Shown here piece by piece: positions 44,962 to 54,105 of a stretch of 64,000 nt of DNA. The notes under the pieces were generated by a model. It ran no database searches. It had not been told where the DNA came from and saw only the letters and a program-made list of their open reading frames with translations. The stretch's first letter is position 1. Each line of letters opens with the position of its first letter. Both the position numbers and the translations under genes were made by a program. The DNA is from an uncultured Solirubrobacteraceae bacterium (GTDB taxonomy: Bacteria > Actinomycetota > Thermoleophilia > Solirubrobacterales > Solirubrobacteraceae): assembly GCA_963710665.1 (NCBI GenBank), contig CAVQBC010000005.1, positions 158,370 through 222,369 of the forward strand. The letters are read 5' to 3'.

Positions 44962-47157
44962 TCAGGCGCGCGCCGGCTCGTCCGGGTCGGCGCGGCGCTC
45001 CTCGGCGGCGGCCGCGTCCTCGAGCGCGACCGCCCAGTCGTGCCCGCCGACCGGCAGGACGGTCGCCCCGCGCGTGACCTCGTGGCGCTGCTCGGCGCCG
45101 CCGCCGCGCAGCGTCAGTGCCAGCACCGGCGGGAACACGTCGCCCGGCAGCGCCGGGTCGAGCCAGACCTCGAGGTCGGCGGCGGGCGGCGGCTCGAGCG
45201 GGCGGAGGGAGAGCGAGCGCAGGCGCCCCACGGCCGGGACCGCGACGTCGTCCCCGCGCGCGCGGCCCTCGCCCGCGCTGCCCGCCGCGTCGAGCTCGAG
45301 CGCGGCCGCTCGCCCGCCCACCGTCAGCCGGAGGTCGCCGGGCGGGGTGAGCGCGAGGACCGCCCGCGGCCGGAACGCGCCGTCGCGACGGGTCCGCCAC
45401 AGCACCGCCGCCAGCACGAGAGCGGCGGCGCCGGCCGCGACGCGCTCGGCGGCGGTGTCGAAGAGGACCACCGAGAACGCCACGAGCAGCACCGCGTAGA
45501 CCGCGGTGGCCGCGGCCACGACGGCGGGCGTGCCGAGGACCCCGATGGTGCTCGCCGGCCGCAGCTCGCCGCGCCGCCGGGCGCCGAGCACGAGCAGCAT
45601 CGGGACGGCCCCCGAGACGACGATGTTCGAGATGACGCCTGCGAGCCCCATGACGTTGCTGAACGACACGTCCCCGAGCGCGAGCAGCACCTCGCCGATC
45701 GCGCACACGCCGAGCGCCGGCACGGCGCAGGCGAGCGTCCGCGCGGAGAGCCGCCTGCGTCGCCCGGTCGCTCCGAACCCGTCCGGCAGCCGCTCGTCCG
45801 TGAAGCGCACCAGCGCCACCGCGGTGCGCTCGAGACCGAGGCCGAGCAGCAGCAGCGTCGCGAGCGTGCCCAGGACGCCGACCACGGGGCCGGTGACGTC
45901 GCTGAGCGGGCCGAGCGCGGTGCCGCGCTCGCCGGCCAGGTCGGCCGCCGGCACGGCCGCCGTGACGGGGACGAGCCAGACCGCGCCGAGCACGACCATG
46001 GCGACCATCCCGAGCACGGTGCCGCGCAGCGACACGCTGCCGCCCGGATCGTGGGGCAGCATGCGCTTCGCGACGCCGATCACGTACACGTTGCCGATGT
46101 AGAACAGCAGCGCGAGCGCGATCAGCGGGCCGAGCGCTGCGGCCACCGAGCCCTCGCCGCCGAGCAGCGGCACGTCGGCCCGCAGGAGCGCGTCGCCGTC
46201 GATGTGCGCGACCGCGATCGCGGCGATCACCAGCAGCAGCACGCTGCTCACGAGCCCCACGAACGCCCCGGCGCCCACGGTGATGCGGATCCCACCGCGC
46301 AGCAGCAGGAGCGCGAGCGCGGCGAACGTCGCCACCGAGAAGACCGAGCGGGGGAGGCCGGTCAGCGACGCGAGCGAGAGCGCCAGGCCGATGTAGGCGG
46401 CCAGCGCCGACAACGCCGTGCGCGCGGCGGCCACGGGCGTCGTGATCGCGGACGCGCGGGTCCCGAGGAACTGGTCGGACAGCCGCCCGAGGAACGCGGC
46501 GCCCGACCGGAACGGGCCGCTGCGCGCCATGCTCTCCGTCTCGGCCGCCAGCGCCACCGTCAGCAGCGCCCCGATCACCGCGAGCACGGCGACCGCCGGG
46601 AGCGGACCGGCCGTCGCGGCGACGATCGGCAGACCGAGGATCGCCTGCGGCAGGCAGATGCCGACCACGAGCGCGGCGAAGACCAGCACCGGGGGCAGGG
46701 TGTCGACGCTCCGGCCCAGGCCGGCTACGGCGAGCCGCAGGCGCGTGACGGGCCCGGCGGCGTGCGCGAGCAGCCGGTGCAGCGGCTCGCCGTAGAGCGC
46801 GTCGTGCGCACGCCGGACCTCGCCGTCGTCGACCCCGAGCGCGCCGCGGGCGCCGTCCGCGGCGGCGAGCCCGCGCGGATGACGGTCCGCGACGAGCCGC
46901 GCGAGCGCCGCTCGGGCATGCGGGTCTCTTGGCACCGCGTCGCGCCACGCCCGGATGTGGCGCTCGAGGTCCGAGATGCGCAGCGGGCGCTCCTCACGAG
47001 CCGGTCGCCCGTGCTCGTGCAGCGCGGCGCTGAGCTCGTGCTCCAGGCGGTGGGCGTCGACGCGCTCGCGCACGCGGTCCTCGATCGCCGCGAGGGCCTC
47101 GCGGCCCTCCCGCTCGGCGGCGAGGCGCCGCTCGGACCGCGGTCCTCCGTCCCTCAC
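44962..47157 (-). CDS. large polytopic membrane protein of unknown function (transporter-like core with extra N- and C-terminal soluble domains)
   Basis: 731 aa: ~140-aa charged helical N-terminal region, ~11-12 hydrophobic segments, then a ~130-aa beta-rich C-terminal region. I recognise no diagnostic motif. Confidence 0.6.
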   Translation of the reverse strand: MRDGGPRSERRLAAEREGREALAAIEDRVRERVDAHRLEHELSAALHEHGRPAREERPLRISDLERHIRAWRDAVPRDPHARAALARLVADRHPRGLAAADGARGALGVDDGEVRRAHDALYGEPLHRLLAHAAGPVTRLRLAVAGLGRSVDTLPPVLVFAALVVGICLPQAILGLPIVAATAGPLPAVAVLAVIGALLTVALAAETESMARSGPFRSGAAFLGRLSDQFLGTRASAITTPVAAARTALSALAAYIGLALSLASLTGLPRSVFSVATFAALALLLLRGGIRITVGAGAFVGLVSSVLLLVIAAIAVAHIDGDALLRADVPLLGGEGSVAAALGPLIALALLFYIGNVYVIGVAKRMLPHDPGGSVSLRGTVLGMVAMVVLGAVWLVPVTAAVPAADLAGERGTALGPLSDVTGPVVGVLGTLATLLLLGLGLERTAVALVRFTDERLPDGFGATGRRRRLSARTLACAVPALGVCAIGEVLLALGDVSFSNVMGLAGVISNIVVSGAVPMLLVLGARRRGELRPASTIGVLGTPAVVAAATAVYAVLLVAFSVVLFDTAAERVAAGAAALVLAAVLWRTRRDGAFRPRAVLALTPPGDLRLTVGGRAAALELDAAGSAGEGRARGDDVAVPAVGRLRSLSLRPLEPPPAADLEVWLDPALPGDVFPPVLALTLRGGGAEQRHEVTRGATVLPVGGHDWAVALEDAAAAEERRADPDEPARA

Positions 47158-47224
47158 GGCCCGAGCATAGTCGGGCCGTCACGGGCACCTAAAGGCTCCG
47201 GTTCCCGATCCGACTACCTGGGTC

Positions 47225-48550
47225 ATGAGTCTCCAGGCCCGCCTCTCTACGACCCGCGTACCGAACTTCGCCCCGCCCGCCCCCACGCCCGCGAAGCGGC
47301 CGTGGGTCGACCACTGGCTTGAGACCTGCCGCGATCTGACCGAGCTCAAGCAGGCCCACCCGATGATGGACGCCGTCATCGAGGAGATCGACGGCCGCAT
47401 GATCCGCGTCGGCGACCACTGGCTCGCGGACTTCGCCTCCTGCAACTACCTCGGCTTCGACCTCGACCGCGAGATCATCGACGCGGTCCCGGCCTACCTC
47501 GAGGCGTGGGGGACCCACCCGAGCTGGTCGCGCCTGCTCGGCAGCCCCGTCCTCTACGAGGAGATCGAGGAGCGCCTCACCGCGCTGCTCGGCAGCGAGG
47601 ACTCGCTGCTGCTGCCGACGATCACCCACATCCACATGTCGGTGATCCCGCTGCTCGCCGCCTCGGGCACGATCTTCATGGACTCGCGGGCGCACAAGAC
47701 GATCTACGACGGCTGCCAGGTCGCCCGCTCCCGCGGCGCCGCGGTGCGCCGCTTCCGCTTCGAGGATCCCGGCCACCTGGACGAGCTGCTGCGCGCCGAG
47801 CGCGACCCCACGCGCCTGGTGTGCATGGACGGCGTCAACAGCATGACGGGCAACGCGCCGGACATCCGCGCGTTCGCCGCCGTGTGCCGCGAGCACGGCG
47901 CGCTGCTCTACGTCGACGACGCCCACGGCTTCGGCGTCATCGGCGAGCGCTCCCCGCACGAGACCAGCGTCTACGGCACGCGCGGCAACAGCGTCGTGCG
48001 CCACTTCGACGAGACCTACGACAACGTCGTGCTCGTCGGCGGCTTCTCGAAGGCGTACTCGTCGCTGCTGGCCTTCATCGCCTGCCCGACCGACGTCAAG
48101 GACCTGCTCAAGGTCGCCGCGACCCCCTACCTGTACTCCGGCCCCTCGCCGGTGGCGTCGCTCGCCACGGTGCTGGCCGGCATGGACGTCAACGAGACCC
48201 GCGGCGACGAGCTGCGCCGCGTCCTCGCCGACCGCACCCGCCGCGTGCTCGACTGCCTCGACCGCCTCGGCGTCGCGACGCCCAACCGCTCGGGCTTCCC
48301 GATCGTCGAGATCCCGGTCCGCGACCACCGCCGCATCGCCGCCGTCGGCCAGATGCTGTGGGACCGCGGCGTCTACGTCACGCTCGCCGCCTTCCCGCTC
48401 GTGCCCAAGGCCGAGGTCGGGTTCCGCGTCCAGCTCACGGCGGCCAACACCGACGCCGAGGTCGACACGCTGATCGCGGCCATCGAGGAGCTCGCCGAGG
48501 CCGGCGAGCTCACCTCCTCCGATCCGGACGCGCTCGAGCGCGCCGCCTGA
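47225..48550 (+). CDS. alpha-oxoamine synthase family PLP enzyme (BioF/Kbl/SPT/CqsA superfamily)
   Basis: FASCNYLGF, YVDDAHGFGVIG and the GGFSKAY lysine motif; 441 aa. Confidence 0.85.
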   Translation: MSLQARLSTTRVPNFAPPAPTPAKRPWVDHWLETCRDLTELKQAHPMMDAVIEEIDGRMIRVGDHWLADFASCNYLGFDLDREIIDAVPAYLEAWGTHPSWSRLLGSPVLYEEIEERLTALLGSEDSLLLPTITHIHMSVIPLLAASGTIFMDSRAHKTIYDGCQVARSRGAAVRRFRFEDPGHLDELLRAERDPTRLVCMDGVNSMTGNAPDIRAFAAVCREHGALLYVDDAHGFGVIGERSPHETSVYGTRGNSVVRHFDETYDNVVLVGGFSKAYSSLLAFIACPTDVKDLLKVAATPYLYSGPSPVASLATVLAGMDVNETRGDELRRVLADRTRRVLDCLDRLGVATPNRSGFPIVEIPVRDHRRIAAVGQMLWDRGVYVTLAAFPLVPKAEVGFRVQLTAANTDAEVDTLIAAIEELAEAGELTSSDPDALERAA

Positions 48551-48551
48551 C

Positions 48552-51500
48552 ATGAGCCTCGCGGCCCTGCGCCGGCCCCAGCTGTGGCAGGCCTACCTCG
48601 CGGTGGGCACGCTGCTGTGCGCGCTCTACGCGCTCGTGCCGCCCTTCGCCGGCAGCGGCCCCGTGATGAACCTGCTGGGGCTCTCGCCCGTCGTCGCGAT
48701 CCTCGTCGGCCTCCGGCTCTACCAGCCGAAGTCGCCCGGCCCGTGGTGGTGCTTCGCGATCGGCTTCACGCTGTTCTGGTGCGGGGATCTGTACACGTAC
48801 AGCTACCCGCGCCTGTTCGGCGCCGACGTGCCGTTCCCGTCGCCCGGCGACGCGGCCTACGTGGCGGTCTACCCGGCGCTGATGGCGGGCCTGCTGCTCC
48901 TGGTCCGCCGCCGCAACCCGGAGTCCGACCGCCCGGGGGTCATCGACTCGCTGATCATGACCCTCGGCCTGGCGCTCCTCTCGTGGGTCGGCCTCATCGC
49001 CCCCTACCTCGAGGACGGCCAGCTCACGATCGTCGCGAAGCTCGTCTCGATCGCCTACCCGCTCGGGGACATCCTGCTCCTCGCGGCCGCCATCCGCCTC
49101 GCGGTCGACACCGGCAAGCGCCAGCCCGCCTTCTACCTGCTGACGCTGAGCATCGTCGCGCTGCTCGTGACCGACTTCGTCTACGGGCTCATGACCCTCA
49201 ACGGGTCCTACGACGGCCAGGTCCTGCTCGACGTCGGCTGGATCAGCTTCTACCTGCTGTGGGGCGCCGCCGCCCTGCACCCGTCGATGCGCGGGCTGGA
49301 GGAGGCCGAGGCCGACCGCGAGCCGCGGCTCACCGGCTTCCGCCTCGCGCTGCTGACCGCCGCGTCGCTGATCGCCCCGGGCGTGGAGCTCGTGCAGGAG
49401 CTCAAGCGCGGGGACGTCGACCTGATCGTGATCATCGCGGCGTCGGTCATCCTCTTCGGGCTCGTCGTCCTGCGCATGGCCGGGCTCGTCCGCCAGCACG
49501 AGCGCTCGGTCGCCCGCGAGCGGATCCTCAGCGCGGCCGGCGCCCAGCTCGTCGCCGCCACGAGCCGCCAGGAGATCTACGACGCCGCCCTGGGCGCGGC
49601 GCGCGAGCTCGCCGGCCCGCTGGCCGACGCCCGCCTGTGCCTGGTCGAGGGCGGCCGCGTGACCGTCGTCGCGCTCGAGGGCGGCGCCCGCGAGGGCGGC
49701 GCCGGCGTGGAGGTCTCCGAGGCGACGGCCGCCGCGCTGCACAAGGCCGCCGCGGCCGGGGTCACGACGCTCGGCCCGGAGGCCCGCGCCGAGCTGCGCC
49801 TCGAGCCCGTCCACGCGCGCGCCGTGGTGCGCGAGCTCTCGCTGCGCGGGGAGACCCGCGGCCTGCTGGTCGTGGCCGGCGACACGCCGACCTCCCGCTC
49901 GCTGCGCGTCAGCCTCCGCGGGCTCGCGACCCAGGTCTCGCTGGCGCTCGAGAGCGCGGCGCTGACCGAGGAGGTCCACCAGCGCACCTTCGGCTCGCTG
50001 GTCCAGCACGCGAGCGACCTCATCACCGTGCTCGACTCCGACGCGACGATCGTCTACCAGAGCCCCTCGATCGAGCGCGTGCTCGGGTGGTCGCCCGACG
50101 AGGTCACCGGCACCCGCTTCGACCACCTGCTCGACCCGGCCGAGCACAGCCGGCTGTTGCACCTGCTCGCCGACGGCACGTCGTACACGGGCAACCAGAC
50201 CGAGGTCTTCGAGTGCACGCTGCGCCACGCCGACGGCGGCACGCGCCAGTTCGAGATCCTCCACACGAACCTCCTGCACGACGAGCACGTGCGCGGGATC
50301 GTGCTCAACGGCCGCGACGTCTCCGAGCGCAAGGCGTTCGAGGAGCAGCTCGCCCACCAGGCCTTCCACGACCCCGTCACCGGCCTCGCCAACCGCGCGC
50401 TGTTCGGCGAGCGGGTCCGCCACGCCGTCGCCCGCGCCCGGCGCGAGAACGACGGGCTCGCGGTCATCTTCCTCGACCTGGACGACTTCAAGACCGTCAA
50501 CGACAGCCTCGGCCACGCGGCCGGCGACCAGGTCCTGATGGAGGTCGCCAAGCGCCTCGCCATCAGCGTGCGCTCGGCCGACACCGCCGCGCGCTTCGGC
50601 GGCGACGAGTTCGCGGTCCTGCTCGAGGGCGTCGAGAGCGCGCAGGCGGCGGCCGAGGCCGCGAGCCGGATCCTCGAGTCCCTGGCCGAGCCGCTGCGGA
50701 TCGACCAGAAGGAGATCCCCATCCGCGCCAGCCTCGGGATCTCCGTGGTCGAGGACGACGGCGTCACCGACGCCGACGAGCTGATCCGCAACGCCGACGC
50801 CGCGATGTACATCGCCAAGCGCGACGGCAAGGGCGGCTACCGCCTGTTCGAGCCGGAGATGCACGAAGGGGTGCTCGCCCGCCTCGAGCTGCGCGCCGAC
50901 CTCCAGCGGGCCATGACCACCGACCAGCTCGAGCTGCACTACCAGCCGGTCGTGCGCCTCGAGGACGGGCGCGTCTCGGGCGTCGAGGCGCTGCTGCGCT
51001 GGCGCCACCCGGAGCGCGGCCTGATCGCGCCCGACCAGTTCATCCCGTTCGCCGAGGAGACCGGCCTGATCGTCCCCATCGGCCGCTGGGTCCTGCGCGA
51101 AGGCTGCCGCCAGGCCAAGGCGATCCAGGACACGCTGCCCGCCGACCCGCCGCTGTCGATGGCCGTCAACCTCTCGGTCAAGCAGCTCCAGCACTCGGAC
51201 ATCGTGGCCGACGTCCGCGACGCCCTCGCCGACTCCGGCCTCGACGCGGGCAGCCTCACGCTCGAGATCACCGAGACCGTGATGATGGCCGACGCCGACC
51301 TCGCGGTGCAGCGGCTCGAGGAGCTCAAGCGCCTCGGCGTCCGGCTCGCGATGGACGACTTCGGCACCGGCTACTCGTCGCTGAGCTACCTCAGCCGGTT
51401 CCCGGTCGACATCCTCAAGATGGACCGCTCGTTCCTGGGCGCCGGCGCCTCGCCGACGGCCTCGGACCTCGCGACCGCGGTCGTCGCGCTGGGCGAGACG

Positions 51501-51692
51501 CTCGAGCTCGAGGTGGTCGCCGAGGGCATCGAGTACGCCGAGCAGTGGGCGACGCTGCGCGAGCTCGGCTGCGAGCTCGGCCAGGGCTTCCTGTTCGCCA
51601 GGCCGATGGACGCGGACGCGTCGCTCGAGTACCTGCGCTCCTACCGCAACGCGCCCGCGGCGCCGGACGCCTCCGTCGCCGATGCACCATAG
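48552..51692 (+). CDS. membrane-integral sensor with PAS-GGDEF-EAL domains (c-di-GMP turnover)
   Basis: ~300-aa multi-TM N-terminus, PAS (ITVLDSDATIVYQSPSIERVLGW), RFGGDEFAVLLEG, and the EAL block VEALLRWRHP...DDFGTGYSSLSYL. Confidence 0.9.
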   Translation: MSLAALRRPQLWQAYLAVGTLLCALYALVPPFAGSGPVMNLLGLSPVVAILVGLRLYQPKSPGPWWCFAIGFTLFWCGDLYTYSYPRLFGADVPFPSPGDAAYVAVYPALMAGLLLLVRRRNPESDRPGVIDSLIMTLGLALLSWVGLIAPYLEDGQLTIVAKLVSIAYPLGDILLLAAAIRLAVDTGKRQPAFYLLTLSIVALLVTDFVYGLMTLNGSYDGQVLLDVGWISFYLLWGAAALHPSMRGLEEAEADREPRLTGFRLALLTAASLIAPGVELVQELKRGDVDLIVIIAASVILFGLVVLRMAGLVRQHERSVARERILSAAGAQLVAATSRQEIYDAALGAARELAGPLADARLCLVEGGRVTVVALEGGAREGGAGVEVSEATAAALHKAAAAGVTTLGPEARAELRLEPVHARAVVRELSLRGETRGLLVVAGDTPTSRSLRVSLRGLATQVSLALESAALTEEVHQRTFGSLVQHASDLITVLDSDATIVYQSPSIERVLGWSPDEVTGTRFDHLLDPAEHSRLLHLLADGTSYTGNQTEVFECTLRHADGGTRQFEILHTNLLHDEHVRGIVLNGRDVSERKAFEEQLAHQAFHDPVTGLANRALFGERVRHAVARARRENDGLAVIFLDLDDFKTVNDSLGHAAGDQVLMEVAKRLAISVRSADTAARFGGDEFAVLLEGVESAQAAAEAASRILESLAEPLRIDQKEIPIRASLGISVVEDDGVTDADELIRNADAAMYIAKRDGKGGYRLFEPEMHEGVLARLELRADLQRAMTTDQLELHYQPVVRLEDGRVSGVEALLRWRHPERGLIAPDQFIPFAEETGLIVPIGRWVLREGCRQAKAIQDTLPADPPLSMAVNLSVKQLQHSDIVADVRDALADSGLDAGSLTLEITETVMMADADLAVQRLEELKRLGVRLAMDDFGTGYSSLSYLSRFPVDILKMDRSFLGAGASPTASDLATAVVALGETLELEVVAEGIEYAEQWATLRELGCELGQGFLFARPMDADASLEYLRSYRNAPAAPDASVADAP

Positions 51693-52998
51693 CTACGAGG
51701 GGCTCGACCGGACCGGCGGCTTCAGCCGGGTCCGGCTCCTGACGCCGCTGCGCCACCGCGACTTCCGCCTGCTGTGGAGCGGCCTGTGCGTCTCGCTGCT
51801 CGGCGACGGCGTGTTCATGGTCGCGATGGCGTGGCAGGTCTACGCGCTCTCCAACGCGCCCACCGCGCTCTCGCTCGTCGGCATCGCGATGACGGTGCCG
51901 ACGATCGTGTTCCTGCTGGTCGGCGGCGTGGTCTCCGACCGCTTCGACCGCCGCCGGGTGATGCTCGCGGCCGACCTCACGCGCGGGGTCGCGGTCGGCC
52001 TGCTCGCGGTGCTGTCGCTGACCGGCGCGCTCGAGCTCTGGCACGTGATCGCGCTCGTCGCCGTCTACGGCGCCGGCGCGGCGTTCTTCGGCCCGTCCTT
52101 CGACGCGATCGTCCCGGACATCCTGCCCGGCGACCAGCTCGCGCAGGCGAACTCGCTCGACCAGTTCGTCCGCCCGATCGCGCTGCGGCTGGCCGGCCCG
52201 GCGCTGGGCGGGGTGCTGATCGAGGTGGTGGGCGTCGGCGCGGCGTTCGCGCTCGACGCGGCCACCTTCTTCGTCTCCGCCGCGGTGCTGCTCGCCATGC
52301 GGACCTACCCCCGCGGCGCCGCCGTCTCCAGCGGCTCGATGGGCGGCGACATCCGCGAGGGCTTCGCCTACATCCGCGGGCACGTCTGGCTGTGGGCCAC
52401 GTTCGTCACCGCGGCGGTCGCCTACCTGCTGTTCATGGGCCCGGCCGAGGTGCTGCTGCCCTTCGTGGTCAAGAACGACCTCGGCGGCAGCGCGGCGGAC
52501 CTCGGGCTGGTGTTCGCGGCCGGCGGCATCGGCTCGGTCGGCTGCGCGGTGCTGCTCGGCCAGCGCGGGCTGCCGCGCCGCGACATCACGTTCATGTACC
52601 TCGCGTGGACGGCGGCCACGCTGGCGGTCGCCGGCTACGGCCTGGCGAGCACCGTGTGGCAGCTCATGCTCGCGAGCCTCGCCTTCAACGCGCTCGAGAC
52701 CGCGGGCACCATCGTGTGGTCGACGGCCAAGCAGCGCCACGTGCCCCCGTCGCTGCTGGGCCGTGTGTCGAGCCTCGACTGGCTGATCTCCATCGGCCTG
52801 CTGCCCGTGTCCTTCGCGCTCACCGGTCCGGTGAGCGGTGCGATCGGCGCGCAGGCCACGCTCATCGGCGCCGGGCTGCTCGGCGGCGTCATCACGTTCG
52901 GCGCGCTGCTGCTCCCCGGGATGCGCGACATCGAGGGCCGTGCGGATCCGGCGCCGCGGCGGGCGGCAGGCGCGCTCGGCGAGGCACCCGTAGGCTGA
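51682..52998 (+). CDS. MFS transporter (EntS/MFS_3-like)
   Basis: FRLLWSGLCVSLLGDGVFMVAMAWQV...VSDRFDRRRVML; 12 TM segments. Overlaps the upstream gene by 11 nt. Confidence 0.85.
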   Translation: MHHSYEGLDRTGGFSRVRLLTPLRHRDFRLLWSGLCVSLLGDGVFMVAMAWQVYALSNAPTALSLVGIAMTVPTIVFLLVGGVVSDRFDRRRVMLAADLTRGVAVGLLAVLSLTGALELWHVIALVAVYGAGAAFFGPSFDAIVPDILPGDQLAQANSLDQFVRPIALRLAGPALGGVLIEVVGVGAAFALDAATFFVSAAVLLAMRTYPRGAAVSSGSMGGDIREGFAYIRGHVWLWATFVTAAVAYLLFMGPAEVLLPFVVKNDLGGSAADLGLVFAAGGIGSVGCAVLLGQRGLPRRDITFMYLAWTAATLAVAGYGLASTVWQLMLASLAFNALETAGTIVWSTAKQRHVPPSLLGRVSSLDWLISIGLLPVSFALTGPVSGAIGAQATLIGAGLLGGVITFGALLLPGMRDIEGRADPAPRRAAGALGEAPVG

Positions 52999-53038
52999 GC
53001 GGTATCTCTCGACGAGGCTCCGGGTAGGCCGAATCCAC

Positions 53039-54056
53039 GTGCTCGAATACCGCGCTCCACGGTCGCAGCCGGATGCGCGCGTGGTCGCCGACCGCGCGCT
53101 GCGGATCGTCGCGTTCGGCGGGGGCACCGGCCTGCCGGTCCTGCTGCGCGGCCTGCGCGACGCGCGCGCCGACGGCGTCACCGCCGTCGTGACGGTCGCC
53201 GACGACGGCGGCTCGAGCGGCCGGCTGCGCCAGGAGCTCGGCATCTCGCCGCCGGGCGACGTCCGCCGCTGCCTGATCGCCCTCGCCAGCCGCAAGCGCC
53301 TGGCCGAGGTGTTCGACTACCGCTTCGACGCGGGCGAGAACCTGCGCGACCACACGGTCGGCAACCTCATCATCGCCGCGCTCGTGGACATGTCCGGCGG
53401 GTTCGCCGAGGGCGTCGAGCGGGCGGCGCGCTTCCTGCGGGCCCGGGGCCGCGTGCTCCCCGCGGCCGTCGAGCCGCTCACGCTCGTCGTCCGCTACGCC
53501 GACGGCACCGAGAGCGTCGGCGAGTCGACGGTGCGCGAGGCCGGGCGCGTGGTGGAGCGCGTGCGGGTGGAGCCCGCCGGCGCCGCCGCGCCCGCTCCCG
53601 TGCTCGAGGCGATCGCGGGGGCCGACGTCGTCGTGCTCAGCCCCGGCAGCCTGTTCACCAGCACGATCCCCGCGCTCCTGGGCGCCGGGCGTGCCGGACG
53701 CGCTCGCCCGCTTCGCCGGTCCCGTCGTCTACTGCGGGAACCTCATGACCCAGCCGGGGGAGACCGCGGGCTTCACGCTGTCCGACCACCTGAAGGCGAT
53801 CGCCTCGCACGTCGGGCCGGTGGTCACCGACGTCGTCGTGCACGGCGCGGCGCTGCCCGCTGCCGTGCTCGAGGCCTACGGGGCGGAGGGCGCCGGGCCG
53901 CTGACGATCGACGCCGCCGAGGTCGAGCGGATGGGGCTGCGCCTGCACGAGGCCGTGCTGACGGCGGACACGCCCGGGTCCGAGGCGCGGCACGACCCGG
54001 CCCGGCTCGCGCGGGCCGTCCAGGCGCTCGCGCGCGACGCCGCCGCGTCGCGGTAG
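53039..54056 (+). pseudogene. YvcK/CofD-like (UPF0052, gluconeogenesis factor) protein with a +1 frameshift
   Basis: IVAFGGGTGLPVLLRGL...VADDGGSSGRLR...VVLSPGSLFTSTIPALLGAG, then VPDALARFAGPVVYCGNLMTQPGET in the next frame. The junction is at GCC GGG C GTG (53687-53690). Confidence 0.75.
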
Positions 54057-54105
54057 ACCGGCGCCGCCACTCGACCCCCGCCCGCGGGCGGGCGAGAATG
54101 GCCCC

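Noticed and set aside
44084-46948. 954-aa ORF upstream-extended from the creatininase-family gene
   Set aside because: Only the last 264 aa show family motifs. The remainder is an Arg-rich alternate frame of the 731-aa membrane protein gene on the same strand.
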